64,000 bases of DNA. Source: Candidatus Omnitrophota bacterium. Lineage in GTDB: Bacteria > Omnitrophota > Gorgyraeia > B26-G9. How positions within the stretch are numbered: position 1 is the first letter of the stretch; each line of letters starts with the position of its first letter. The stretch spans positions 67,317 through 131,316 of the forward strand of contig JBDRPX010000015.1 in NCBI GenBank assembly GCA_043826565.1. The letters are read 5' to 3'. Made by a program: the position numbers and the translations under genes. The notes under the pieces are model-generated. The model had not been told where the DNA came from and ran no database searches. It was given only the letters and a program-made list of their open reading frames with translations. Below, in pieces: positions 20,801 to 29,634 of this stretch.

Positions 20801-21143
20801 TGTTCTGGTGGATTTTATTAATAAGCTTAGACAAAAAGGAGTTTCCCGCCGCAATTCCATTGTCCAGGCGGGAATAGTCAGGTTTAGGCCGGTAATGCTG
20901 ACAACCCTGACAACGGTTGCCGGATTAAGCACGGTGGCATATGGCATCGGCGGATTTGATCCATTTTTACAACCCATGGCCTTGGCGATTTCCTGGGGAT
21001 TGGCGTTTGCGACAATATTAACTCTTGTGGTTATGCCGTGTTTTTACGCGATTATTGATGATATTACCCAGAAAATTGCCTGCCATCCGACCGTCCGGAA
21101 ACTGAATAAAAACGGGCAGGACAGATGTGATGTAGAGGGGTAA
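17850..21143 (+). CDS. RND efflux transporter permease (AcrB/AcrD/AcrF family)
   Basis: YPGASPEDVE, GMIVDDGII, GVVVNDSIVLVD, RFRPVMLTTLTT. Confidence 0.96.
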   Translation: MNIAQFSVKNSLFINLVSVLILIVGIVSMFTLNREAFPVIDFGEAAVQTVYPGASPEDVEKLVTTPLEKELQEVDEIDEILSISREGMSVISLTMDPEAKDIQKITDNIQKAVDRVTDLPAAVEDRPVVIEINSKIFPIVNIGLGGTLNEFALQEQADILKDQLEDIRGVAKISRSGYRDQEFWVEPDLRKMRNMHVSIEEIMEGLRSRNITVPGGKLKTSSEEFAIKTTGEFTTKEEIEDVIIRANDLGNWLLVKDVATVKHTFEEEQVINKNLGKKAITLLVYKKEKGDAINVANAVYKTLDEFKKTAPAGLTISPFDDMSYYIKRRLNVLRSNGLVGFIFVILILFAFLHARPAFFTALGIPVAMCATLGLMHVLGVTINLMTMFGLVIVLGMIVDDGIIISENVFRYVEEGLSPREAAVKGTSEVIAPVAATIITTIAAFLPLMYMSGIIGKFLRYIPMMVIIALCASVIEAFIILPSHLADFLRPIKNHNSDREMEEQDVKTIVIFSVVSGIIAAILAGFANSSPFGVLALILSVGAFSVFVKKYPVLEAMIKFYKKILEQALHYRYLVFGAIVMAFIACLMLIVFVLPKSMFSAKGVEEFLVRAEAPVGTPLEKTNEMMKPVEDLVGAVGDKYIQSFETTIGQIEAGRGMGDPNAQSGSNVAQLHVFLTPMQQRDKGPKEIIEELRPGLEKIPGFEKLYFYELKEGPPVGRDLEFNIRGDDFAVIRELAGKVKEHLAKIDGVSDIADSYTLGDRELHIVVNREKAAKAYLTVGQIATSIRNAFEGGIATTIKKTKAEEEIKVRVRLPQAQRGTQEVFNELLIPNSKGNLVPLKTVSQIQTTQSARAISHLDGKRYIQVAAAVNKKKINTQRLVEQVLDKFASLAQNYPGYSIRIGGEEKENQKAFASLMTAFMIALLAIFMILATLFSSLIQPFIVMITIPFALIGVVIALLIHGEPLSILSFIGIVGLAGVVVNDSIVLVDFINKLRQKGVSRRNSIVQAGIVRFRPVMLTTLTTVAGLSTVAYGIGGFDPFLQPMALAISWGLAFATILTLVVMPCFYAIIDDITQKIACHPTVRKLNKNGQDRCDVEG

Positions 21144-21817
21144 TGATGAGAATCTTGGTGGTTGAAGATGAAGAAAAAGTTTTGCGTTTCATCCGCAAAG
21201 GATTTAAAGAACACGGTTTTTGCGTGGATACCGCTACTGAAGGCCGGGAAGGTTTTTTTCTGGCGACCAGCGAGCAGTATGACTGCATTATTTTAGATAT
21301 AATGCTGCCCAATCTCAACGGATATGAAGTGCTTGCGCATATCCGGGGAAAAGGTAAAAAAACACCGGTACTTTTTCTCACGGCAAAAGATACGGTGGAT
21401 GACCGGGTTAAAGGGTTAGAAGCCGGCGCGGATGATTATCTGGTAAAACCATTTGCCTTTTCTGAATTGCTGGCCCGGGTCAGAGCTTTGATGCGCCGGG
21501 GAAGCCCCGGAGAAGTTACTACTTTTAGCGCGGCAGAGTTGACCCTGGATTCCGTAAAACGCCAGGTCAAATGCAAAGGCAAAACACTGGAACTAACGCC
21601 AAAAGAATTTACATTACTGCAATATCTTATGGAACGAAAAGGAGAGGTTGTTACCCGGACCATGCTTTCGGAAAATGTCTGGGGGTATCATTTTGATTCC
21701 ATGACGAATGTCATTGATGTGCATATCACTAATCTGCGTAAAAAAATAGAGGAAACAGGCGCAAAACCGTTAATCCATACTTTGCGCGGGGTCGGCTATG
21801 TGCTAAAAGAAAAATAG
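21143..21817 (+). CDS. OmpR-family response regulator (CusR/CzcR-like)
   Basis: ILVVEDE, ILDIMLP, GADDYLVKPF, LTPKEF, NVIDVHI, RGVGY. Confidence 0.96.
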   Translation: MMRILVVEDEEKVLRFIRKGFKEHGFCVDTATEGREGFFLATSEQYDCIILDIMLPNLNGYEVLAHIRGKGKKTPVLFLTAKDTVDDRVKGLEAGADDYLVKPFAFSELLARVRALMRRGSPGEVTTFSAAELTLDSVKRQVKCKGKTLELTPKEFTLLQYLMERKGEVVTRTMLSENVWGYHFDSMTNVIDVHITNLRKKIEETGAKPLIHTLRGVGYVLKEK

Positions 21818-21880
21818 AGTCTTTCTTGAAAAATGTGATTACAGACATATTAACATATTATATAGCAAGAAGTTACAGAT

Positions 21881-22062
21881 AATTCAAAAGTTAAAATTCA
21901 AAATTGCAATTAAAAAATCAAAAGTTTAAAGATACAATTGTTGAATATTATTGCGTATAAAATTATTGAAAACAAGAATGCTAAGTGTAAAAATGACATC
22001 AAGAGGAATAACTTTTTAATTTTGCCTTGAATTTTTGACATTTGCCTTTTGAGTTTTGATTT
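21881..22062. repeat. MITE-like heptad inverted-repeat element between response regulator and kinase
   Basis: aattcaaaagttaaaattcaaaattgcaattaaaaaatcaaaagt ... actttttaattttgccttgaatttttgacatttgccttttgagttttgattt. Confidence 0.8.
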
Positions 22063-22147
22063 GGCAGCCGGTTATAAAATAAAAACAAAGAAAATATCAC
22101 AAAGTTTGAGAAAGAACCGAAAAATAAAACAAAGCGAGAGATAAATA

Positions 22148-23554
22148 ATGTTGTTTACAAAAACCATCCGGGGTAAGCTGATATTAGGGTATACCGCTGT
22201 TTTGCTGGTTAGCCTGGTGATTGTTTTTGTGTATGTGTATATCCAGTTAAACCGCGCGTTTATTACTACTTCCCGGGAATATATTAAAAAAGAACTCTCC
22301 GCGACCATCCGGCTTTTAAAAGACCGGGAAAACAGTCCTTCAGCTATCGCGAATTTCTTGTCGAAGAAAACTGTTTTGTTTCAAAGCGTTTATAATATTA
22401 ATTACGCGCTTTTTGACGCGGAAGGCCTGATGCTCGCGCGTTCGGAAAATTTTTCCGCGGATCTGCAGGCAGTATCTATGAGCAATGCTGAATCAAATCA
22501 AATAATTTATGAAAAACATATAAAAACACCGCAAGGCCAGAGGATGTTTTTTGCTACCCAGGCTTTTACCGATACCGCGGGAGAAAAATTTTATTTACAG
22601 TTTGGATTAGAAACCCGCGCGCATCCGGAATCGGTAAATATAGTTTTAAAAACACTTTTCCGGACATTACCGGTTATTTTGATTATCGTTATAAGCGGAG
22701 GGTTGTTTTTAACCGGCAAGGTATTGGCGCCGCTGGCTTTGGTGACTAAGGCCGCGAGAGAACTTCCGCTTATGGGCCGGGAAAAACTTCTTCCGCTTTC
22801 CGGTACCGGAGATGAACTAGATCAATTAACCGCAGCGTTTAATAATGTCGTTAAACAGCTGCGCGAAGCTTATCAGAGAATTGTTACTTTTACCGCGGAT
22901 GTTTCGCATGAGCTTCGTTTGCCGATTACCGCGATGAAGGGAGAAGCAGAAGTTGTTTTAGAAAGAGAAAGAAGCTTAAAAGAGTATCAGCGGGTTTTAG
23001 GCAGCAGCATTGAAGATATGGATCGTTTAATGAACATGCTTAAGCGGCTGCTTTCCTTAACCCGCGCGGATAGCGGTATTGATTATCTGGTAAAAGAAGA
23101 AGTGGACTTAAAAGAATTATTAGAAAAGCTTGCTGAGTTCTACTTACCTTTAGCGGAAAATAAAGAGCTTTCTTTATCGGTTTCTTCACCGTCAGATGAG
23201 TGTGTGCTTAACGCTGACCCGCTGAGATTGCAGGAGTTATTTTCCAATCTAATCGAGAACGCGGTAAAGTATACTCCGGGAAAAGGAAAAATCACAATAT
23301 CTATAATAAAAACAGAAAAGCAGCATCAAGTACTGGTTGAAGATACCGGTATCGGTATTGCTCCCGAAGAACAAAAAAAGATTTTTGACCGGTTTTACCG
23401 GGTAGATAAATCCCGTTCCCGGACTGACGGCGGTTCCGGATTGGGCTTAAGTATTGCCAAGATGATCGCTAGCACGCATGATGGAGAAATCTATGTGGAA
23501 AGTTCTTTAAATAAAGGAAGCTGTTTTAAAGTTGTGCTCCCCCGCCGGAATTAA
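22148..23554 (+). CDS. Sensor histidine kinase (CusS-like, HAMP)
   Basis: Two TM, HAMP, ADVSHELRLP, NLIENAVKY, DTGIGI, FYRVDKSR, GSGLGL. Confidence 0.96.
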   Translation: MLFTKTIRGKLILGYTAVLLVSLVIVFVYVYIQLNRAFITTSREYIKKELSATIRLLKDRENSPSAIANFLSKKTVLFQSVYNINYALFDAEGLMLARSENFSADLQAVSMSNAESNQIIYEKHIKTPQGQRMFFATQAFTDTAGEKFYLQFGLETRAHPESVNIVLKTLFRTLPVILIIVISGGLFLTGKVLAPLALVTKAARELPLMGREKLLPLSGTGDELDQLTAAFNNVVKQLREAYQRIVTFTADVSHELRLPITAMKGEAEVVLERERSLKEYQRVLGSSIEDMDRLMNMLKRLLSLTRADSGIDYLVKEEVDLKELLEKLAEFYLPLAENKELSLSVSSPSDECVLNADPLRLQELFSNLIENAVKYTPGKGKITISIIKTEKQHQVLVEDTGIGIAPEEQKKIFDRFYRVDKSRSRTDGGSGLGLSIAKMIASTHDGEIYVESSLNKGSCFKVVLPRRN

Positions 23555-23570
23555 CCCGCCAGGTTTTTTA

Positions 23571-23624
23571 TTAAGAAATCTTAATCTAATCTTAATCCTC
23601 CTTTAATTATTCATGTGTTATTAT
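23571..23624 (+). promoter_or_regulatory. Putative OmpR-type direct-repeat site and -10 upstream of moxR
   Basis: TTAAG/TTAAT at 23571, 23581, 23592, 23603 (10-11 bp period), then TG-N-TATTAT. Confidence 0.5.
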
Positions 23625-23632
23625 TGTTTAGT

Positions 23633-23656
23633 GTCGGGACAGGTTTGTAACCTGTC
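23633..23656 (+). repeat. REP-like palindrome (GTAG family, GTCG variant)
   Basis: GTCGGGACAGGTTTGTAACCTGTC, near-identical to 28845. Confidence 0.75.
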
Positions 23657-23684
23657 TGAAACTGTAAACAAAACGGAGGTTGCC

Positions 23685-24677
23685 ATGTCATATGAAGCGA
23701 TTCAGGCATTGAATGAAAAGGTAAAAGCGGAAAGCGAATTTATTTCTCAATTGCGTACAGAGATTCACCGGGTGATTATCGGGCAGGAATATCTGGTGGA
23801 AAGATTGTTGGTCGGTTTGTTGGCGGACGGGCATGTTCTTTTAGAAGGTGTGCCGGGGCTGGCGAAAACTTTAAGCGTTTCCACTTTAGCCAAAGGCATT
23901 GCCGCTTCTTTTAAGCGGATCCAGTTTACGCCGGATCTACTGCCCGCGGATGTTATTGGTACGCAGATCTATAACCCCAAAGACTCCAGTTTTTCCATAA
24001 AAAAAGGGCCGGTATTCGCGAATATTATTTTAGCGGATGAGATCAACCGCGCGCCGGCAAAAGTGCAAAGTGCGCTTTTAGAAGCCATGCAGGAAAGACA
24101 GGTCACTATCGGAGAAGAAACCCTCAAACTTCCGGAACCATTTCTTGTTTTGGCAACGCAAAATCCCATTGAGCAGGAAGGAACATATCCTTTGCCGGAA
24201 GCGCAGGTGGACCGGTTTATGCTCAAGCTGAATATTACCTATCCCAGTAAAAAAGAAGAACAGGAAATTTTGCGCCGGATGGCCCGGGTAAATAAAAATA
24301 TTGATATTAAGCCGGTAGTAAAACCGCAGACGATATTAAAGGCCAGAGAGATCGTGGATCAGATATACTTAGATGAAAAACTTGAAGGTTATATTGTGGA
24401 TTTGGTTATGGCTACGCGGGAGCCGGAAGCGTACAAGTTGGATACCAAACAATATATTGAGTATGGGGCGTCTCCGCGGGCGACAATTAATCTAGCTTTA
24501 GCCGCCAAGGCTTACGCTTTTTTGCAGGGCCGCGGGTATGTTACTCCGCAGGATATTAAAAGCATCGGCATGGATGTATTGCGCCACCGCGTGATCGTCA
24601 CTTATGAAGCGGAAGCGGATAATATAACATCTGAAGATATTGTTAATAAAGTTTTTGATACGGTTGTTGTCCCGTAA
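23685..24677 (+). CDS. moxR: MoxR-family AAA+ ATPase
   Basis: LEGVPGLAKT, RIQFTPDLLPAD, DEINRAPAKVQSALLEAM, ATQNPIEQEGTYPLPEAQ; GGAGG RBS before 23685. Confidence 0.96.
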   Translation: MSYEAIQALNEKVKAESEFISQLRTEIHRVIIGQEYLVERLLVGLLADGHVLLEGVPGLAKTLSVSTLAKGIAASFKRIQFTPDLLPADVIGTQIYNPKDSSFSIKKGPVFANIILADEINRAPAKVQSALLEAMQERQVTIGEETLKLPEPFLVLATQNPIEQEGTYPLPEAQVDRFMLKLNITYPSKKEEQEILRRMARVNKNIDIKPVVKPQTILKAREIVDQIYLDEKLEGYIVDLVMATREPEAYKLDTKQYIEYGASPRATINLALAAKAYAFLQGRGYVTPQDIKSIGMDVLRHRVIVTYEAEADNITSEDIVNKVFDTVVVP

Positions 24678-24681
24678 AAAT

Positions 24682-24854
24682 AATTCAAAACTCAAAGGTC
24701 AAAAATCAAAAATGCAAGTCAAAATTAAAAAATAAAAGATTTTAATGTGTTTTAGAATATATTTGAATGGATTGTGAATAGGGATGTTTTATAAGGCATG
24801 ATATTTTTGACTTTTGAATTGAACTTTTGAGTTTTGCTTTTTGAATTTTGAGTT
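24682..24854. repeat. MITE-like heptad inverted-repeat element
   Basis: aattcaaaactcaaaggtcaaaaatcaaaaatgcaagtcaaaattaaaaaat ... atttttgacttttgaattgaacttttgagttttgctttttgaattttgagtt. Confidence 0.8.
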
Positions 24855-24871
24855 CAAAAAAGAGGATTACC

Positions 24872-25747
24872 ATGATACCTAAAGAGTTGTTGAAGAAAAT
24901 CAGGCATATTCAGATATATTCCGCGCGCATGGTCAATGATATTCTTGCCGGAGCCTACCATAGCACGTTTAAAGGCCGGGGCATAGAATTTGACACGGTA
25001 AGGGAGTATCAGCCGGGAGATGAGATCCGAACGATCGACTGGAATGTTACCGCGCGCATGGGCCATCCTTTTATAAAGAAATTTGTGGAAGAGCGCGAGT
25101 TAACGGTAATGCTGGTCGTGGATATGAGCGCTTCCGGAGATTTCGGCTCAGGGCCGCGCATGAAAAACGAATTTGCCGCGGAGCTTTGTGCGGTGCTGGC
25201 TTTTTCCGCGATCAAAAATAATGATAAAGTCGGGTTGATCATGTTTACCGATAAAGTGGAAAAATATATCCCGCCGAAAAAAGGTAAGCGCCATGTGCTT
25301 CATGTTATCAGTGAAGTGCTTTCGTTTAAACCAAAAAGCCGGGGCACTAATATTGCGGCAGCTTTGGAATTTTTAAATTCAATTAATAAACGCCGGTCCG
25401 TAACCTTTCTGGTTTCGGACTTTATTTCTCAGGATTATGCCCGGGCTTTACAGATATCCAATAAACGTCATGATATGATTGCGATCGCGATCAAAGATCC
25501 GCGGGAATCGGAATTGCCGGATATCGGGATGATCGAGCTGGAAGACGCGGAAACCGGAGAAGCCCTGACCGTGGATACCGCGGATATTAAAGCGCGTAAA
25601 ACCTTTAATGTTGCCGCGGGCACAGAGGCCGCGCAAAGAGATAAAAAATTTCGCCAGATAGACGTTGATGTTATTCATGTGCAGACGGATAACTCATACT
25701 TAGAGCCGCTGATGAGGTTTTTTAGAGCACGGGAGAAAATGAGATAA
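24872..25747 (+). CDS. DUF58 (vWA-like) protein
   Basis: GRGIEFDTVREYQPGDEIRTIDWNVTAR; follows moxR. Confidence 0.93.
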   Translation: MIPKELLKKIRHIQIYSARMVNDILAGAYHSTFKGRGIEFDTVREYQPGDEIRTIDWNVTARMGHPFIKKFVEERELTVMLVVDMSASGDFGSGPRMKNEFAAELCAVLAFSAIKNNDKVGLIMFTDKVEKYIPPKKGKRHVLHVISEVLSFKPKSRGTNIAAALEFLNSINKRRSVTFLVSDFISQDYARALQISNKRHDMIAIAIKDPRESELPDIGMIELEDAETGEALTVDTADIKARKTFNVAAGTEAAQRDKKFRQIDVDVIHVQTDNSYLEPLMRFFRAREKMR

Positions 25748-26703
25748 TGAAAAAAGGAATATTTTTTTTATTAGCGGGGGTTCTCAGCTTGGGTATTGCG
25801 GGAAAGGCCATGGCCTTGGAAGGGGAATTGCCGTCTGTCCGGGCTTATGTTGATAAAGCAGAGATTACCATCGGAGAAAAAATCAAGTACACATTAGAAG
25901 TTGATTATAATAAATCAGCTAAAGCGGAATTCCCGATTATTGATGTGGAAATGGGTGGTTTTGCTATTAAAGATTTCGGGCAGGAACCACCGAGGAAAAC
26001 CGGACGAAAAAGTTTACAGGAAAAAAGATGGTATTTACTGGATACTTATACGGTTGGTTCATATGTAATCCCCCAACAGCAAATAAAAATAATCTTAGCC
26101 GATAAACAGATAAAGAAGATCACCGCCCCGGAAGTATTTGTGGAAGTCAAAAGTGTTCTGGGGCAGGAGGGGCAAGCAGAGGGACTGCGGGATATTAAAT
26201 CTCCGGTTAGTGTTGCCGCAGATACAACCCGGCTTATTTTAGTGCTCCTGGGCAGTTTGTTGCTAATTGCGGGAATCATGATTTTTTGGCGGTTTTGTTC
26301 TTTTCGGAGCAGCCGGCCGGTACTCTGGGCGGCTTTGCCGGCGCATGAACAGGCGTTCCGAGAATTAGAACGCATTAATAGTTTAAATCTGCTGAATGAG
26401 GGAAAAATTAAAGAATATTATTATCTGGTATCGAATTGCCTGAGAAGTTATCTGGAGAACCGTTTTGGCTTGCGGGCTCCGGAGCAGACCACCGAAGAAT
26501 TTTTAGCCGAGGTGATCGCGACCGATCAGCTTAAAGGCCGGGATATTAACCGCTTAAAAGAATACTTGCAGCATTGCGATCTGGTAAAGTACGCGAAGTT
26601 TGAGCCGGGCAAATCTGATATTGAAAAATTAATGACGACAACCAGGCAGTTTGTAGAGGAAACAAAATTGGTTGGTAGTCCACAGTCCATAGTTGATGAA
26701 TAA
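25747..26703 (+). CDS. Bat-operon membrane protein (BatD-like N-domain plus TM)
   Basis: Signal peptide, ITIGEKI, LRDIK, TM, YLENRF..APEQTTEEF, CDLVKYAK. Confidence 0.75.
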   Translation: MKKGIFFLLAGVLSLGIAGKAMALEGELPSVRAYVDKAEITIGEKIKYTLEVDYNKSAKAEFPIIDVEMGGFAIKDFGQEPPRKTGRKSLQEKRWYLLDTYTVGSYVIPQQQIKIILADKQIKKITAPEVFVEVKSVLGQEGQAEGLRDIKSPVSVAADTTRLILVLLGSLLLIAGIMIFWRFCSFRSSRPVLWAALPAHEQAFRELERINSLNLLNEGKIKEYYYLVSNCLRSYLENRFGLRAPEQTTEEFLAEVIATDQLKGRDINRLKEYLQHCDLVKYAKFEPGKSDIEKLMTTTRQFVEETKLVGSPQSIVDE

Positions 26704-26752
26704 TTTTTCTTGAGACTTGCGACTTGTGGCTTGAGACTAGAGGTTTTTGATA

Positions 26753-27751
26753 ATGTTTTTTCGTGATTTTCACAATATTATATTGCTGTTTATTTTTGTG
26801 CCGCTGATATTGTTCGTGTATTTTAACCGCAAATCGCACGGGCAGGTGATCTTTTCTTCTTTACGGCATTTAAAGAAAATCCCGGCTTCCCGGACTTTGC
26901 GTTCCCGGCAGATGCTCATGGCCTTGCGTGTTCTGGCGGTTTGCTTTTTAGTTGTCGGATTGATGCGCCCGCAAAAAGGAATTGAAGAAACAAAGATCGA
27001 GACCGAAGGCATTGATATCATCCTGGCAATTGATGTTTCCGGAAGTATGATGGCTGAAGATTTTGTTTTAAACGGAGAAAGAAAAAACCGTTTAGAATCG
27101 GTTAAATATGTGGTGCGTGATTTTATTAAAAAAAGAACCAATGACCGCATCGGACTGGTTGTTTTTAGCGGGCGCGCGTATATGCAGTGCCCGCTGACTT
27201 TAGATTATGGAATATTATTGCAGTTTTTAGATAAAGCGCAGATTGGGATGATCGAAGACGGTACTGCTGTCGGCGACGGGATTGCCACGGCCTTAGCCCG
27301 GATAAAAGATATTCCGGCGAAAAGTAAGGTGGTTATTTTATTGACCGACGGAGTGAATAATGCGGGGAAAGTTGACCCGTTAAATGCCGCGGAACTGGCG
27401 AAAGCGATCAAGGCCAAGGTTTATACTATCGGCGCCGGAACTAAGGGCCGGGTTCCGTTTCCGGCAAAAGACTTATTCGGCAATACGGTTTATCAATGGG
27501 CCGTGATCGATCTGGATGAAGATTCTTTGCGTCAAATCGCTCAGATTGCCGGAGGTAAATATTTCCGGGCCAAAGATACCGAGAGTTTAAAGAAGATTTA
27601 TGAGGAAATTGATAATATGGAAAAGACAAAAATAGAAATAAGTTCTTATACTGAATACAATGAAATGTTTAAACCGTTTGTGTTGGCCGCCCTGGGGTTG
27701 CTGCTGCTGGAGCTTATTTTGCGTTATACAAGGCTGCGCATATTACCATAA
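26753..27751 (+). CDS. batA: vWA domain protein BatA
   Basis: DVSGSM MIDAS, DRIGLVVF, GTAVGDG, LLTDGVNNAG. Confidence 0.9.
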   Translation: MFFRDFHNIILLFIFVPLILFVYFNRKSHGQVIFSSLRHLKKIPASRTLRSRQMLMALRVLAVCFLVVGLMRPQKGIEETKIETEGIDIILAIDVSGSMMAEDFVLNGERKNRLESVKYVVRDFIKKRTNDRIGLVVFSGRAYMQCPLTLDYGILLQFLDKAQIGMIEDGTAVGDGIATALARIKDIPAKSKVVILLTDGVNNAGKVDPLNAAELAKAIKAKVYTIGAGTKGRVPFPAKDLFGNTVYQWAVIDLDEDSLRQIAQIAGGKYFRAKDTESLKKIYEEIDNMEKTKIEISSYTEYNEMFKPFVLAALGLLLLELILRYTRLRILP

Positions 27752-27754
27752 CCT

Positions 27755-27779
27755 GTAGGGACAGGTCTGTGACCTGTCC
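27755..27779 (+). repeat. GTAG REP palindrome
   Basis: GTAGGGACAGGTCTGTGACCTGTCC. Confidence 0.85.
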
Positions 27780-27802
27780 GAAACAAGAGGATAAAGGAAT
27801 AT

Positions 27803-28834
27803 ATGCGATTTGGGAATTTACAATTTTTATGGATGCTGTTACTTGTTCCGGCGGGTATTTTGTTTTTTTCCTGGGCCTTTAAATCTAAACGCCGGGCTTT
27901 AGAAAAATTCGCGCAAAATGACCGGCTGAAAGTTTTATTACGCCGGGTCAGTTTAAAAAAACAAAAATTAAAAGCTGTTTTTTTTATTTTGGGAATTTTG
28001 TTTGTAGTTCTTTCCTTGATTGAGCCGAAATGGGGATATCAATGGGAACAGGTAAATCGCCGCGGACTGGATATTGTTATTGCTTTGGATGTTTCCAAAA
28101 GCATGCTGGCCGAAGATATTAAGCCTAACCGGCTGGAAGCGGCAAAAAGAGAAATAAAAAGCCTGATCAATATTTTACAGGGGGACCGTGTCGGGATTGT
28201 GGCTTTTGCGGGGAGCTCGTTTTTGCATTGTCCGTTAACCCTTGATTACGGTACCGCGAAATTATTTGTCGATTATCTGGATATTAACGCGATCCCGTTC
28301 GGCGGCACAGATATCGGCGGAGCAATACGTCAGGCAGTGCGCGCTTTTGAAGGCCATGAGAAGAAACACCGGGTATTGATCCTGATTACCGACGGAGAAG
28401 ATCATCAGGAAGATGTTATGGACGCGGTGGAATTAGCCAAGCAGAATGGCGTGGTTATTTTCCCCATTGGTGTCGGCCGTCAGGAAGGCGCGCCGATCCC
28501 GGTGGTTGACGGACAGGGCCGCAGCGGATTTGTCAAAGATAGCGAAGGTAAAGTGGTTTTATCAAAACTTGATTCGGTCTTACTGCAAAAGATCGCGCTG
28601 ATCGCCGGCGGTAAAAAAGGAAGTATCGGCGCGGGAAGTTTTCCTCTGGAGGAGATTTATGAGCAGGAAGTTTCTAAGATGGAAAAGAAAGAACTGCAGT
28701 CTTCCCGGCAGAAGCGTTATGAGAATAGGTTCCAGTATCCGTTAATGATCGCCTTATTAATGTTTGTTGCCGAAGCAGTGCTAAGTGAAAGAAAAAATAA
28801 GGGTGTAGGGGCGGACCTCCGTGTCCGCCCGTGA
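27803..28834 (+). CDS. batB: vWA domain protein BatB
   Basis: DVSKSMLAEDIKPNRL, ITDGED; last residues VGADLRVRP are REP-encoded. Confidence 0.9.
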   Translation: MRFGNLQFLWMLLLVPAGILFFSWAFKSKRRALEKFAQNDRLKVLLRRVSLKKQKLKAVFFILGILFVVLSLIEPKWGYQWEQVNRRGLDIVIALDVSKSMLAEDIKPNRLEAAKREIKSLINILQGDRVGIVAFAGSSFLHCPLTLDYGTAKLFVDYLDINAIPFGGTDIGGAIRQAVRAFEGHEKKHRVLILITDGEDHQEDVMDAVELAKQNGVVIFPIGVGRQEGAPIPVVDGQGRSGFVKDSEGKVVLSKLDSVLLQKIALIAGGKKGSIGAGSFPLEEIYEQEVSKMEKKELQSSRQKRYENRFQYPLMIALLMFVAEAVLSERKNKGVGADLRVRP

Positions 28835-28869
28835 CAAAAAACCTGTAGGGACAGGTTTGTAACCTGTCC
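28805..28869 (+). repeat. Two tandem GTAG REP palindromes
   Basis: GTAGGGGCGGACCTCCGTGTCCGCCC (28805-28830) and GTAGGGACAGGTTTGTAACCTGTCC (28845-28869). Confidence 0.85.
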
Positions 28870-28884
28870 GAAATAAGGTAGATC

Positions 28885-29634
28885 ATGAAAATATTAATTT
28901 TTATTACAGTAATTTTGCTTTGCACTGCGAATGTTGCTTTTTGCGGGCTGGCGCGAAATGTAAAACAAGGTAATCAGGCCTATGATAAAGGTAACTATGA
29001 CCAGGCCTTGATAAAATACAATGACGCGCAGATCGACGACCCGCAAAGCCCGGAAGTGTTTTATAATATGGGCAATGTTTTTTACCGCCAGAAAAAATAT
29101 AAAGAAGCAATTGACGCGTTTGAAAAATCAACGGAAAAAGCAGAGGTAGGGCTTCAGGCTAAAGCATTGTATAATATAGGTAATTCTTTTTTTAATCAGG
29201 GGCAGCTGCGGCAGGCTTTAGAGAGTTATAAGCAGTCCTTAGAGCGAAACCCGGATGATCTGGATACAAAATATAATATTGAATATACGGAAAAGAAAAT
29301 AAAAGAAATGCTTTCGCAGTCTCAACAGACCCAGCAGCAGGCGGAAAAAGACCGGCAGCAGCAACAGCAAGATCAACAACAGAGCCAAGGTCAACAGCAG
29401 GAACAACAGGAACAGAAGCAAGCTCCACAGCAGCAAGTGCAAACTGCGCAAGATCAGCCGTCAGCGCAGGATCAGCAAGCTCAATCCGCGGAAAAAAAGA
29501 ATGAAGAAGAATTAACTAAAGAAGAAGCGGATAGGTTTCTTTCTGCTTTTGGGCAGGACCAGAAAAATCTTCTTCCTCCGCAGCCGGAACAGAAACAAAA
29601 AGGTATGAATAATAATGTGGAAAAGGACTGGTAA
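28885..29634 (+). CDS. batC: TPR protein BatC with Gln-rich linker
   Basis: TPRs (YNMGN, YNIGN), poly-Q stretch, C-terminal EKDW. Confidence 0.88.
   Translation: MKILIFITVILLCTANVAFCGLARNVKQGNQAYDKGNYDQALIKYNDAQIDDPQSPEVFYNMGNVFYRQKKYKEAIDAFEKSTEKAEVGLQAKALYNIGNSFFNQGQLRQALESYKQSLERNPDDLDTKYNIEYTEKKIKEMLSQSQQTQQQAEKDRQQQQQDQQQSQGQQQEQQEQKQAPQQQVQTAQDQPSAQDQQAQSAEKKNEEELTKEEADRFLSAFGQDQKNLLPPQPEQKQKGMNNNVEKDW

Noticed and set aside
29320-29490. CAG/CAA-rich tract as a contingency repeat
   Set aside because: Mixed-codon Gln-rich linker, normal for BatC.
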